From the human T2T-CHM13v2.0 reference genome, Homo sapiens, in the NCBI RefSeq assembly GCF_009914755.1, contig NC_060931.1: a DNA stretch of 64,000 nt, one strand, 5' to 3'. Shown here one piece after another: positions 13,991 to 26,377 of the stretch. Positions within the stretch are counted from its first letter, which is position 1, and the number at the start of each line of letters is the position of its first letter. A program made the translations under genes and the position numbers. The notes beneath the pieces were generated by a model, which saw only the letters and a program-made list of their open reading frames with translations, did not search any database and was not told the DNA's origin.

Positions 13991-15289
13991 CACAAGTCAT
14001 TTAGAGGTGAGCAGCTTTTGCATGATGCCAAATATACATGCTGATGGGATGTCTGCAAGAGTAGAAAATTAATCAGAGATAGACGGCCTCTTAATTAAAA
14101 CAATTGGAAAGACCAATTTGTAATGAGAAGCTTTGTTTCCTGAAGCCTGGAGAGAGGGCTCTGACTTGTGTCAGGAGTCCCCTGGTGGCTTGGGATGCAG
14201 CTCAGGACAGTCAGCCTCAGGCTCCCACTGAGTCAGCTGTGCAGGACGGGGCCTCCCAGTGGCCCTGCCTCAGATAAGCTGTGTCCTCAAATTCAGGAGC
14301 TCTTCACCTCTTTTCTCCCTTTGAGCTCCTTCTTGTGTCTTCCCTGTCCAAAGTCCCCTCCAATTGTATTTGGTGTCCTCATGCTGTCACCAGGACCAAC
14401 CACTGGGTCAGCATACCTAGTCCTATGTTACCTGTGGTGCTTCAGTTTCCAAATTATCCTTCCCAGATTTCCACTTCATCTCACTTCATGGAAAAATCTA
14501 ATTGATAAGAAACAATCACTCTCACCTGGTTGTTCCTAAAAGAAAGGTGTCTGAGGAACCTAATTCATGCTTCAGTGTGGATAACTGTTTGCAGAGGTGT
14601 TAAACGTCACAGGGAGGTTTTGCATTTGAAAGTGTAGTTTGGTAGCTCACATGGCTGAATATTATAGAGGAATTTCAAGAGAGGATTTTCTCTGTCTCTT
14701 GGGTCTTATGTATTCACTCAAGTATTTTAAATCTTCCTTTCCTGTGTCAGAAACTTTAGTAGTAGGTGTTGGAGTTATAAATATTATACCTTTAAAGAAC
14801 ATCACCGTCAGTGTAGAGATAGATAAGCAGAAAGTGGTAATGCATTCTGATTAAAGCCAAAATAATTGCATAACTGTGAACATTTATCTGGACTTTCACT
14901 ATATGAGACATTAAGTGTCCCTATTTTCTGAGCCTGTTGGACACAGGATGTTCAGTTACCCTACCAGCCTTCTCCACTAGCATGTAACCTACAAGAGAAA
15001 AGAGACAATCAGCTTGCTCTCTGGTGTGTACCCTGAGTGCCTAGAACAGAACCAGGTACATGGAGGCCATACAGTAAAAGTCAATTGAATGAATGAATAA
15101 ATAAGTTTGAACAGAGTGACATGAAGCCCCTTACATGGTGAGCATGAGCACGGATGGGTGCTGAAATTACACAGGGAGTGAGGACTTCCCATGGTGTATG
15201 CATGGGCGCACTAGTTTCTTCCAGCCTCGGCTCCTCTGGAATAACCCTCCTTTCTACCCTGGCATCAATGTTTCACTCTCTACTAGATC

Positions 15290-17100
15290 ATTCTCATCAA
15301 TGTGCCCTTCCTCTCCAGCTGACATTCCATTTCTTTGTTCCTCTTTGCAGTAAATCTCCTCAAAGGAGTTGCCCAGATCTAGTGTCCTCAATTCCTCTTT
15401 CCCCCACACACTCTCATTCAATCAGTTCTCACCCCAGTCTCCCCACCAAGCCTGTGCTTGTAGAGCTCCTCCATGTCTCCATGTTGCTAAGTGAATGGTC
15501 ACCTCTCTGCCCTCATCTTACTTACACAGCAGCAGCATTCAGCACAGATAATTTCTCCCTCCTCCTGGATACAGGTTCTCCACCTCTACATATCCACCAG
15601 ATGGATACAGTTTCTCCGCCTGGCTTCCAGACACCTCTTTGTTCCTGTTTTCAACCCCTTCATTGGACACTCCTTTTTCTGTACTCTGCTGCTTCCTCCC
15701 TTTTCTCTCTGGCTTCTGGAAGCTGGTCCATCCAAGTCTCAGTCCTTGGTCCTCTTCTCTTTCTCTTTCTATATGCACTTGCTTGGAGATTAAAATACCA
15801 TTTTTATGCGTACAACTCCCAAATTTATGTCTTCAGCTAGGTCTCTCTTCTGAACTCCTGGCTCATATCTCCAACCACCATTCGACATCACCACTGGCTT
15901 GTCTATCAGACACTTGTAACCTACCATGCTGAAATGGGATTCGGTGCCTGGTCCACTTTTCAATTGCTCATGCCCAAGTCTTAGAGTCCTTGATTTCTCT
16001 CTCTTTCTCACATCCCAAATCCAAATCATCAGGAAATTCTATTTGCTCTATGTTCGACACATATACAGAACTGGAGCACTTCTTATCACCTACATTGAGC
16101 ACTATCACCCTGGTTTGAGCCACTATCCTTTCTTGCTGGAATAATGGCAATAGCCCCCTAACATAATAGCCTATTCCCAACAGAGCAGCCAAAGCCTTTC
16201 TCTTAAAACATAAGTCAAAAAATGTGACTCCTCTAATCCAAATCTCACCATGGTTCCCCATTGCCCGGGTTAAAACCAAATGGTCTAAAAGACCTTCCAT
16301 GATCTGCTTCCCTAGCCTGTCTGCACTGTGTCCTCTTTCCCATCCATCACTCCTGTTTGCTCCAGCCACAATTTCTCCTTGTTATTCCTGCTTCTGCCCT
16401 AGGGCCTTTGCTCTACAGTTTTTCTGTAAAGGGCCAGATAGCAAATATTTTAGCTTTTGTGGGCTGTAGAGTCTCTTTCCCAGCTATTCAGCTCTGCCGT
16501 TGCAGTGCAAAAGCAGCCACGGACAATACATGAATGAATGAGTGTGGCTATGTTCCAACACAACCTTATTTATGGACACTGAAGTTTGAATTTCGTGTAA
16601 TTTTTATATGTCATAAATTATTACAGTTTTGATTGCTGCCAATTGTTTAAAAATGTAAGAACCAGTCTTAGCTGGTGGGTCATCTAAAAATTTGCGGCAG
16701 GTTGAATTTGACCCCTAGGCCACAGCTCGCTGCTGCCTACCATAAGTGTTCCTTGCAGGGAATGTTTTTCCTACTGACATCTGCTGGGCTCCTCCTCTAT
16801 CCCTTTCAGTCTTTGGTTGAATCTCACTTTCTTAATGCAGCTTGTCCTGACCACCCTCTCCCTACCTTGCTCAATATTCTCTGTCATCTTTACCTTGTTT
16901 TTTTTTTTTTCCTTTTTGCACACACCTAGCAACTTCTATCATATTATATCATTTACTCATTTTTACGTTTATTGAGTTTCCATGTCCCTTCTCCCAATCC
17001 TCCCTAGAATGCAAGTCGCACTCAGGTGAGGAAATTTGTATTTGATTCATTGTTGTGATCAGGGCCTGGGGCAAAATGGGTGCTCAATAAATTATTTGTT
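15290..17100 (+). mobile_element. L2 relic, interrupted by MER58B
   Basis: Long pyrimidine-rich L2 3' region ending gtgctcaataaattatttgttaa. Confidence 0.7.
16416..16738 (+). mobile_element. MER58B (hAT-Charlie)
   Basis: ttttctgtaaagggccagatagcaaatattttagc ... ttatggacactgaagtttgaatttc. Confidence 0.8.
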
Positions 17101-18132
17101 AAGTATTTATTAGGAGTGGCCATTTATTAGTGGATGTTTTCCGATTATGGTGCTTTTTGCATTTCCATACCTCACAGTCTTAGGCACTCAGACAATGGAT
17201 ACTAGGAAAATAAGGATGCCCTGAATCCACCTAGAGGCATCAGGAAAGGCTTCATAGAAGAGGTGACATCTGAGCTGAGTCTAAAAGAGTGTAAAGGGAA
17301 TTCAGGGCATGGAGAAGGAGAGGGGAGGGCAGTGCAAGCAGAAGAAACTGTGTGTGCTGACTCTAGATTCAGGGAAGGGTGTGAGGCCTGGGAACTGGCA
17401 TTAGTTCAGTGTGGCTGGGAGAGGATTGGTGGGGGAGAGACTGGAAGAGTTAGTAGCCATTGGAGATGGCATTGGTATGAACAAATATGGGTGCTAGTCA
17501 CAGATGTCTGCAGATTCAGAAGACAGCTTTCTGGAGCTCTGAGTAAGGCCAGATGTGCTCCTGTTGTGCCATGCCCAAGAGGTATTCAGACAAGCAATCC
17601 AGGATCATTCCTCAATACTTTTCTCCAAACTGCCTCACCATAAAATAAGTGAGCAGCATGAGTCCCGGGGCATTTGACCAAGATGCTGTGGGCAGCAGTG
17701 TTTCCTGGAGGCAAATCACACCATGTGTTCTCAGCCCCCAAAGCCCTTGTGTGGGCAACAACAATATGGCGTGATTCAGATCTGCAGAGCACCTCCCCAA
17801 GCAGACCCTCTGAGACCCTCCTTCCTCCATAGCCTCGGTGGTGCACAGAGAGGCTTTTCCACTTCTCACTGCTTATTCTGTGCAAGGCCTGATGGGGGTT
17901 GAGTGACAACGTGAGAGGAAGCGTCTGGTCCAGGCGGAGAAGTCTCAGGCAGGAAGAGCTCTTCACAAAGCAGAGTGCAATGAGAACTTCAAGGAGAGGC
18001 ATGAGTCTGGAGGAAAGAGTAGCTGCTCCTGGATGGAGAGATCAGGGAAGGCCTCCTGGAGGTGGTGGCGTTTTGTGTCAGTCTTAGTTAACAATGGTAG
18101 GAGATGGGGAAGGAGACTCACAACAGGATTTT

Positions 18133-18188
18133 TGGTGCTCATCTAGAGGCTGCTTGCACACATGTTGTGTGCCTCTAGATGAGCACCA
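18133..18188. repeat. Perfect 18-bp inverted repeat with a 20-nt spacer
   Basis: tggtgctcatctagaggc (18133-18150) is the reverse complement of gcctctagatgagcacca (18171-18188). Confidence 0.95.
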
Positions 18189-19639
18189 GAGCAAGCAATC
18201 TGCTAATTGCATAAATAACAACCATTTTGCAGACAGCCAAAGAACCTGGCCCTAGCAGATGTTGTCAAATGTATCCATTTTGTCCTATAATCTTTAAACA
18301 ATCTTTTCATGAAGTACTATCTGAAGGAAAGACGTAATCCATTCTCCTCCAGTAGGAGAGGAATTATCTTTCCGATGGTGTAGAATAATCCTTTTAGGTG
18401 ACATGAAACCAACTCTCAGCCTAAATCCCCTTTCTCCCTCCCCGACAGGTGCCTTCATTACTGTTAAGAACTGCATTTAAGAAATAAGCAGGAAGGCTGG
18501 AGGGGCTATTTTGGGCCTCACATAGCATTCAGTTGGAAGATAATTTTCCTAAGATCACAGTGTGGGTTTTTGACGGGATGTGCTGAGGATCTTCCTCCAG
18601 TTTGAGGGAAACCTCCATTTCCAAGGTGAGGAGCCAGGGCCCCTGACTCACTCTTCCAGAGGCTTTGCCCTAATAGGTGCTTGAAGACTGAGAGCTGAGG
18701 TGGGAGAAGTGATTAAAGGCAACCCTGGGTGAAGAGAGTATTGAAACCAGAGCATTTCAAAGGCTGTGGGAACAGGGAGGTAATCTCCTTACAACCACTG
18801 TCATTTGAGGGAAAGTCAACCTAGTGGAGTGAGGAGGGCACAGAATTTAGAAACAGAGACCCTGGGTTCAAGTTGTAACTTTGTCACTTACTAATTGTGT
18901 GGTTTGGGGATATTACTTAATTCCTCTTTTAGAATACGTAAAATGGGAGAAACATTGGTAAAGCCCTTTCTTATAAGATACATGTGGGGAAAAGCTGTAT
19001 ATGCAGTAGATGAGAATGTCTGGGCCAGAGAGTTTAAGAGTTGTACCTAAGGTCAAAGTGCAAGCAAGGGTTGGAGTCAAATAGGTCCATAGGGCTCCTC
19101 AAATCCTGGTTCTCTTCCTATTATACCAGGTGAGTGTCCATTTTGTAGGGTCAGTTAATTAGGACAGAATTGTTCATGAGACTAAGGGTTGGCCCCACTA
19201 ACTATCATTTGCATTATTTTCCTGGTCATATCATGCAAACCTGTGCTCTAGCTTCTAATGTAATTAGCCCATTGATTACGCTCCTTATGCCTAATACCAT
19301 CTATTTTATCCATCCATTTACTGGAGCAAGATTTATCAAGCACATACTATCTATCAAGCATTCTGTGACATGCTCAGGGCTCCATCAGGAAAGGTTGTGT
19401 GAGCACTGAAGGAACACACAGACTTGTGGAGGAGACAAACCTGTACCCAAACCACGTGATAAGAGGTTTGCACAAAGTGTTGAAGGTGAAAGAAGGATGG
19501 CAATCATAATTACAGCATTCTGATTTTTATAGGAGGAGGAAAGGGAGGATCAGGAGAGGCTACACAGAGGGAGTGATGAAGACTGGGATGATCCAGATTT
19601 TGTAGCAGAGAAAGCTCTCAGTAGGTGGGTGCCATGGGA

Positions 19640-19679
<40 letters not shown>

Positions 19680-19691
19680 GTGCGTGCGTGC
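19640..19691. repeat. Compound (TG)n/(TATG)n/(TGCG)n microsatellite
   Basis: Seen directly in the sequence. Confidence 0.95.
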
Positions 19692-19859
19692 ATGGTTAGG
19701 GCAGGGTGTTAGCAGGGAGCAGGGCATCACAGGGAGAGGTAACAATGAGTGCCAACCCGTGTTGGACCTGCTGCTCTGCTTCAGAATGGCTGGATGGGGC
19801 AAGGGGCAAACAGGGGTGGGAGACATGCTGGGAGTCAGGGCTGGCAGGAGCAAAAAAAG

Positions 19860-20800
19860 CAAAAGTATGGCCCAGCCTCCAAGGAGTTAAGTTTTATCCT
19901 GCAGCTCCTTTGAAATCCTTCTAAACAGGGGAGTGACATGATTAGATTTTAGAAAGATAATTCTGGTGGCAGTGTGCTGCACAGATGGGAGAGGAGAAAA
20001 TTGGAAACAAGGAACCCTGTTCTGCAAAGATTGTGATAATCCAGGCAAGGGATGATGAGGGTCTGAGTGAGGGCAGGTGCATGGTAATGGAGACGAAGCA
20101 GATTGGAGAGAGATTTAAAGAGACAATCAGCCTGGTGACTGATTGAGGGTGGGGGAGGTCAGGGAGAGGGGAAGGGAACATTTCCTGGGGTTTCCGATTT
20201 GGGCAGTGTCCATCAGGGAGCACAGGGTGAGGAGGAGGTGGGGTTAAGGGACGAGAGGACAGAATTATCAATTCTGCTTCAGATTTGTTGAGTGTGAGAA
20301 CTTCTAGGAAAATGTATCCAGTTGGAGGTTGAATGCATTTAAAATTTAGGAGAGAGATTCATTTAGCAAACACACATTTATTCTCTATGTATCAGGTGAC
20401 TTTCTAGTGTCAGAGATAGAGCATTAAATATGATGAACAAGGTCTCTACTCTCATAAAGTGTCTTTCCAATAAGGGAAAACAAACCCAGGAACAAAAGCA
20501 AAATAAAACAGGAAAACGTGAGAGAAAGTGAGTGGGAGATTACCTTAGATATGGGTTCAGAAAAGACCTTTCTTAAGAAGGTAACATTTGAACCAAGATC
20601 TGAAAAATGAAAAGAACCAGCCAGGTGAAAATGTCAGGGAAAAGCATTCCAGGCAGAGGGAGCAGCATGTGCAAAGGCTTTGAGGTGAGAACAAGCTTGG
20701 TGTGTTCAGAGACAGGTCAGAGTGTGTGGTGTGGAGCAGGTGAGGGGATGGAAAGTAGGCTATGAGATTGGAGAAGTGGTCAGGGGTTAGATCACATTGC
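19860..20800 (-). mobile_element. L2 fragments
   Basis: Antisense L2 phrases such as gcattccaggcagagggagcagcatgtgcaaaggc; boundaries approximate. Confidence 0.6.
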
Positions 20801-20805
20801 AGAAA

Positions 20806-21173
20806 ATTATAATTCAGATTAGGCTAAAGCACATGATGACAAATGACCCTCGAATTTCAGTAGCATACAATGAACACATTTACTTATCAGTCATGCTGCA
20901 GGTCCATTGTGAGTCAGTTACACACTTTCTCCACTATAGGACTCAAGTGAATGGAATAGCTCCTATCTGAGACATTTCTGGTGTTCTGGAAGAGGGAAAA
21001 GAGAAAGTGGAGAACCACATAATGGCCTTAAAGTGTCTGCATGGAAGTGGATGTGCCAATGCCATTGGCCAAAGCAAATTATACAGCCAAGTGTGATGTC
21101 ATTGGTGTCTGAATGTATGTTTCCCATAGAGAGGAGCAACAGATGTTGAGATCAACAATACAATTAATCTACC
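20806..21173 (-). mobile_element. Old MLT1-type MaLR LTR
   Basis: attaggctaa...aatttcagtagc...ccattggccaaagcaa...; highly diverged. Confidence 0.55.
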
Positions 21174-21230
21174 ATATAGGCTATGGTGAGATCAGATTTT
21201 ATTCTAAGTGCTACCGAAAGGCATTAGGGT

Positions 21231-21289
21231 TGTGTGTGTGTGTGTGTGTGTATGTGTGTGTGTGTGTGTATGTGTGTGTGTGTGTGTGT
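21231..21289. repeat. Interrupted (TG)n microsatellite
   Basis: Seen directly in the sequence. Confidence 0.95.
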
Positions 21290-24259
21290 TTTAACTAGAG
21301 GGCATCAATGTTGATTGCCAAGGTAGGTTAAAAATAGATGAATAAAAATAAGAGATGAGATAAATTGGGTAATCTAGAAAAGGTTGTCTCAGATACTGAG
21401 CACATGGCAAGGAAGTTCTGTTAGGGTAGAGCCCTGAAAATACTGTCAGGACAGGCCCACAGCAGGAGGCACACTGGATGAGTCATTTGGTCCTAGCCTG
21501 GTCTCCTAGGCTTTCCATTTGCAGAAGGTATCAGGAACTCCTGGGTGGCCTTTGGACAGAAGACCCTGGAATACTGAGATCCTGCCCACGATTACAGCAC
21601 TCGTCCTCATGAATCTCCTAGAGAAAGAAGTATAAGATGAAAATTGGAAAAGGAAAACAAAATGTCACTTTATTGCTACTGAGGGTGGACCCCCGGCCCC
21701 AAATCAGAGGGCTTTTGTAAGTTAGCCTGGAGGAAGCAGTCACACTTGTGGCTTATGTGTTTCTCTCCATCCCCACACCAGCCATTATTTATATAAAAAA
21801 TCAACCTCAGGTCATGAAATCTTCTTTCTTTCCTATGTGGAAGGAAGAGAGAGAAGAGGACAAGATGATTGGGCTTGCTCAAGGGGAGTGGGTCTTGGGG
21901 CAGAGCACTATTCTGCCACATAAGCTGAAGTGAAAGAGGAATATGAAGCACCCTGTCAAAGCATCCCCAATGCAGTGTAGACCAGGAGGCAGACCCCAGC
22001 CCACTGTTAGGGCAGTGTGGCTCCATGTCCCAGTTTGGCCCAGGCAAAACAATCAATCCAACCAGCATGGATCAATCTTCCTCCTCTGTGGGGTGGAGTG
22101 GGGAGGAGGTGAAATGGGAGCTTCTCTTCCCTAGTACATTTTCTGCTGCTCCCTTATCCCTTCATTTCAGGAGAGGGGATGGAGAAAGCCAGGCAGAGGA
22201 AGAGACTTGGACCTTTTGTCTTCTCCCAAAGCTCCACTCGCTGGTGGCTCCACTGTGGTTCCTCAGTGCACCTTTCAGATATGCCAGATGGTCCCAGAAA
22301 TGAGGAGGGGAAACATGGCCAATAACATCTAAGAAAATGGGCTTCCCTCACCTAGAGATTTTCTTCGGAACACCAAATCTTGACTTGTTTTTATAAGAGA
22401 ATATCACACCTTTTCAACTAAAACCATAAATGTCTCAAGTGTAGGACCCATAATTTATACTTCTTTTGAACTTCCTCCCCTCCTGGTCTAACGCAGGCCA
22501 GTTACAAGCAAATAGTCCCTGTATGACTGAATGAGTGAGTGGACAAATGATTTCCCAGGTGGCATATCCAGAAACAACACTGGTGATCCATCTCTCCCAC
22601 CTGCCAGAGTCTTCCTGATGAACTTCCTATACGTGTAAGAATGTAGAGAGAAGGGAATTTATTATGCTGTCAGAGAAGGAAAGCAATAATCTAGACTTTC
22701 TGGCTGTCTTGCTAGCTGGGCCCCTTGGCCAGTGGTTAGAGAATTACAGTGTGTCTCAGTGTATCCTCAAGGGACCGAGATGGGCTCAGGCCATTACCCA
22801 TGCAGCTGGCCATGGAGAGCCTACCTGTCAAACTGGCTGGAACCTGGAGAAGGAAACTCCTGGTGAGTCCTTCTTTGGCACCGTGGGGCCCTGGTGACAG
22901 AGTTGATTAAGCAAGACACCAGCATCAAAATTAAAGTGAGGAGGAAAAGTAAATTAGTGATTGAATAGCTAGTGAAGAGCCATATTTTAATAAGATTCCC
23001 TCTAATTTGAGTGATTCCTTCCCCCTCCTCTTTGGGCTTGGTCATTCTCCCTGTTTTGAAGTACTCCTGGGGTTAGGAGGAGGGAGGGGTGAGGAACACA
23101 TACCTCGAATTTATACTCTGGTGCGTGGGGAGAGAGTCCTCAGCTGTCTGCAATACGCTGGGGCCCCATAAAGCGATTTGTCACTGCTCTGAATTCTTTT
23201 CAGCAGCATGTTCATTTCAATTTGCAGTCACCTCTTTAGCTCCTCTTCAGCAGGTTTGGCCAGACTCCTGCGAGAAGATCTGAGCCGAGAGGGGGAGACA
23301 CAATCAAGGAGAAAGGCTGGCTGGAGCCGGGCTCTCCAGGGATGCATCTGCCACCACTCCACCCTCACAGCCTCTTTTAACTCTATTTGCTTCTACAGGG
23401 AGACAGGAGAGATTATGATGTTTCGCAGGCTTTCCAAACCCTTGTCATGGTTAATAAAGGTCTGGCAGGAACAGGAGCTGTGATGGCTCAGCAAGCTCTT
23501 GGTGCTGGGGCTTAGGGGAGGGAAGGTAGGTGGAGCTATTGGTCTAGCTGCCTGCGTGACACCAAGGAGCCCAGACACCAAGTGGGAGAGCCAGTCTGAG
23601 GGTCCTTTCTTCCTGTACTTACTGGACTTTGTGCACTACCTGCACAAAGTGATCCCCCACCATGGCTATGTGGACAGTGGGTCTGGCAGGAGCAAGGCTG
23701 AGAGCCAGAAGAGGAAGCTCCAGAGCTTCAGGTTATTAAGGTCCAGGGAGTAGCCCAGGAAGAGGAAGTTGAAGCCTTGGTGACCAGAAGTAGAGCATTA
23801 AGTCAGAGACTATCAGGAGGGAGATGCAGTGGGCAATGGAGAAGCTTCAGGCCTAGGGAGCTCTGTGTTTCCCTGACCCTGGTGGGGATCAGGGTTGGCC
23901 CAGGGCTTTGGGAGGGCTTCAGCCTGAAATGAGGATTTAATTTTGCCATTTATATTTACCATAAAATGATACATGTTCACTGTGGGAAAAAGCAGGCAAG
24001 GCAAAGGAAGTTAGCCTTATCTCACTGCCCAGAGAATAACACTGCTGATGTTTTCAGATGTTTTCAAAGTAAATCTATTTAATTTTTTCCACTAATAATA
24101 TAACATTTTGTTACATATGATGACTCGATCTGTAGGCATGAGTATTGAGTCACTGGAAAGACCTATTCCATTTATTATATTCATAAATTAAAACCCAGTT
24201 TAAAAATTTATTTTCTAGAAATTAAGAACCATGGGGTAAAACAGAGTTCCTTTTATATG

Positions 24260-24582
24260 CAGTTGGGCCCTGCATGTCTGTAGATTCTACATCCGTGGAT
24301 TCAACCAACTTAGATTGAAATAGTTGGAAAAAAAATTAAAAATACATTTTGAAAAATAATACAATTAAAATAATTATGAAATAACTACTTACATAGTATT
24401 AACATTGTATTATGTATGTAAGTAATCTAGAGATTACTTAAAGTATATGGGAGGATGTGTGTAGGTTATACGCAAATACTATGACCTTTTATATAAGAGT
24501 AAATTTTGGTATTGATGGGTGTAAATTTTGGTATTGATGAGCATCCTAGAACCAATTCCCTTTGGATACTGAGAAAGGACTG
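24260..24582 (-). mobile_element. MER2 (TcMar-Tigger MITE)
   Basis: cagttgggccc ... aagtaatctagagattacttaaagtatatgggaggatgtg ... gagaaaggactg. Confidence 0.82.
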
Positions 24583-24884
24583 CATAAGAAAAATAATGAA
24601 AAGTGAGTCATAGATTTCTTGTGCAGTAAAAAACCAATTTAAACAAAGGAGAAAATGACCGAAGGGCATAAATGATGCATGAATAATCAGAAATACCTTA
24701 TTCTTGAATAGAAAAATATAATATTACAAAAATATCAAGAAAAAGAAAAACTGAAAAAAATGGATATTTTAAAAAAGAAAAATATTAAAATTTAAATGAC
24801 CAAACTGAAAAGAGAAAGAAATAACTCTACAAAACCAACACAAGAACAATTTATCATTATGGTTTATCTCCTTCTATTATTTTT

Positions 24885-25055
24885 TTGTGTGTATTTTTAA
24901 ATTAATTAAAAAAATTGGTACATAATGATTGTATGTCTTTCTGGGGTACTTGTGATATTTTGATACATGCATACAATGTGAGTGTAGTGATCAAATCAGG
25001 GTAATTGGAATATCCATGACCTTAAACATTTGTCGTTTCTTTGTGTTGGGAACAT
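24885..25055 (-). mobile_element. L1MA 3' terminal fragment
   Basis: gatcaaatcagggtaattggaatatccat...tttctttgtgttgggaaca. Confidence 0.65.
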
Positions 25056-26377
25056 ATATGTATATATTTATAGGAATGTAAAAGATTACAGTATAAATAT
25101 GTCCTCAGCTTGTTATATAATCTTCATACATATAATTTTAATGGCTTAAATATATTCTATAAAGTAGATTTATCACGTTTTGTTTATTATCCAATGTTAG
25201 ATTTTAATGTAGTTTTATCATCATTGATTTCTTTTGCTTGTTCCTAGACTTCATATGAAAGGAATCCAATAAACACATTCTTTTTGTCTAGATTTTATTT
25301 TTGTATGACACAATGTTATTAAGATTGATCCGTATTTTTATATGTATCACTGGTTTATTCCTTTCTTTGGCTGAGTAGTTTTCTGTTTTATAAATATACC
25401 AGTTTATCCATTCTCCTGTTGATGAACATTTGAGTTGTTTCAAATTTTAGGCTCTTACAAATAAAGCTGTTATAAACATCCATATACAATTGACAAATAT
25501 TTTCTATTTTTTTGTGACATACGTTTTCATTTTTCTGGGGTAAATACCTAGACATGTAATATCTGGGACAGAGGATAGATGTATGTTAGTTTTATATGAA
25601 TATCCAGACTTGTGCATTTTACATGTCAATCAGAGATATATGAGTTTCAGTTGCTTCATATCTTTGCCAAAAGTTGAAATTGCCAATATGTTTTATTTTA
25701 GCCATTCTAGTAGGAGGGAAATCATATCATATATATATGTGTTTTTTCCGGACGGCCAATAGTGTTGAACCCCTTTTAAACTTGCTTTTTATATACTTAT
25801 TGGATATTCCCTTTAAAAAATTATAAAACATGCTTTAAAATTGAGTTGTGTTTGTCTTTTTGCTATAAACTTTCAAGAGTTTATATATTCTGGATACAAT
25901 TTCTTTTTCAGATATGTGGAGAATATTATTTCCCAGCTGGTGGCTTGCCTATTCACTTTATCAATATTGTCTTTGATGAGAAGAAATTTTTAACTTTTAT
26001 GTACTCTCATTTACCAATTTTTCAATCTTAAGATTATTCCTTTTTGTGTCCTAGGGAATCTTTGCTGCCCTAAAGTTGGAAAGATGTTTTTCTGTGCTTT
26101 CTTTTAGAGGCTTTATATTTCTAGCTTCTATATTTAGGTTTTCGTCAAATCTCAAATTGATTTTCATGTGGAGAGTGAGGTAAGGATCGAAGATCTTTTT
26201 ATCTTTGTGAATATTCAGCAGTTTCAGCACAATTTGTTCAAAAGATAATTCTTTCCCCTTCAAACTGACCTGGCAACTTGATTGAAAATTAACTGACTGA
26301 ATATATCTTGCTCCAGTTTTGAACTTTCTGTTCTATTCAGTTTATCTATTTGTCTATCATTATGCCAATACCACACA

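Noticed and set aside
15154-15840. 228-aa ORF
   Set aside because: It lies in pyrimidine-rich L2 relic sequence and has no recognisable domain.
23626-23650. 10-bp stem hairpin actttgtgca/tgcacaaagt
   Set aside because: About one such stem is expected by chance in 64 kb.
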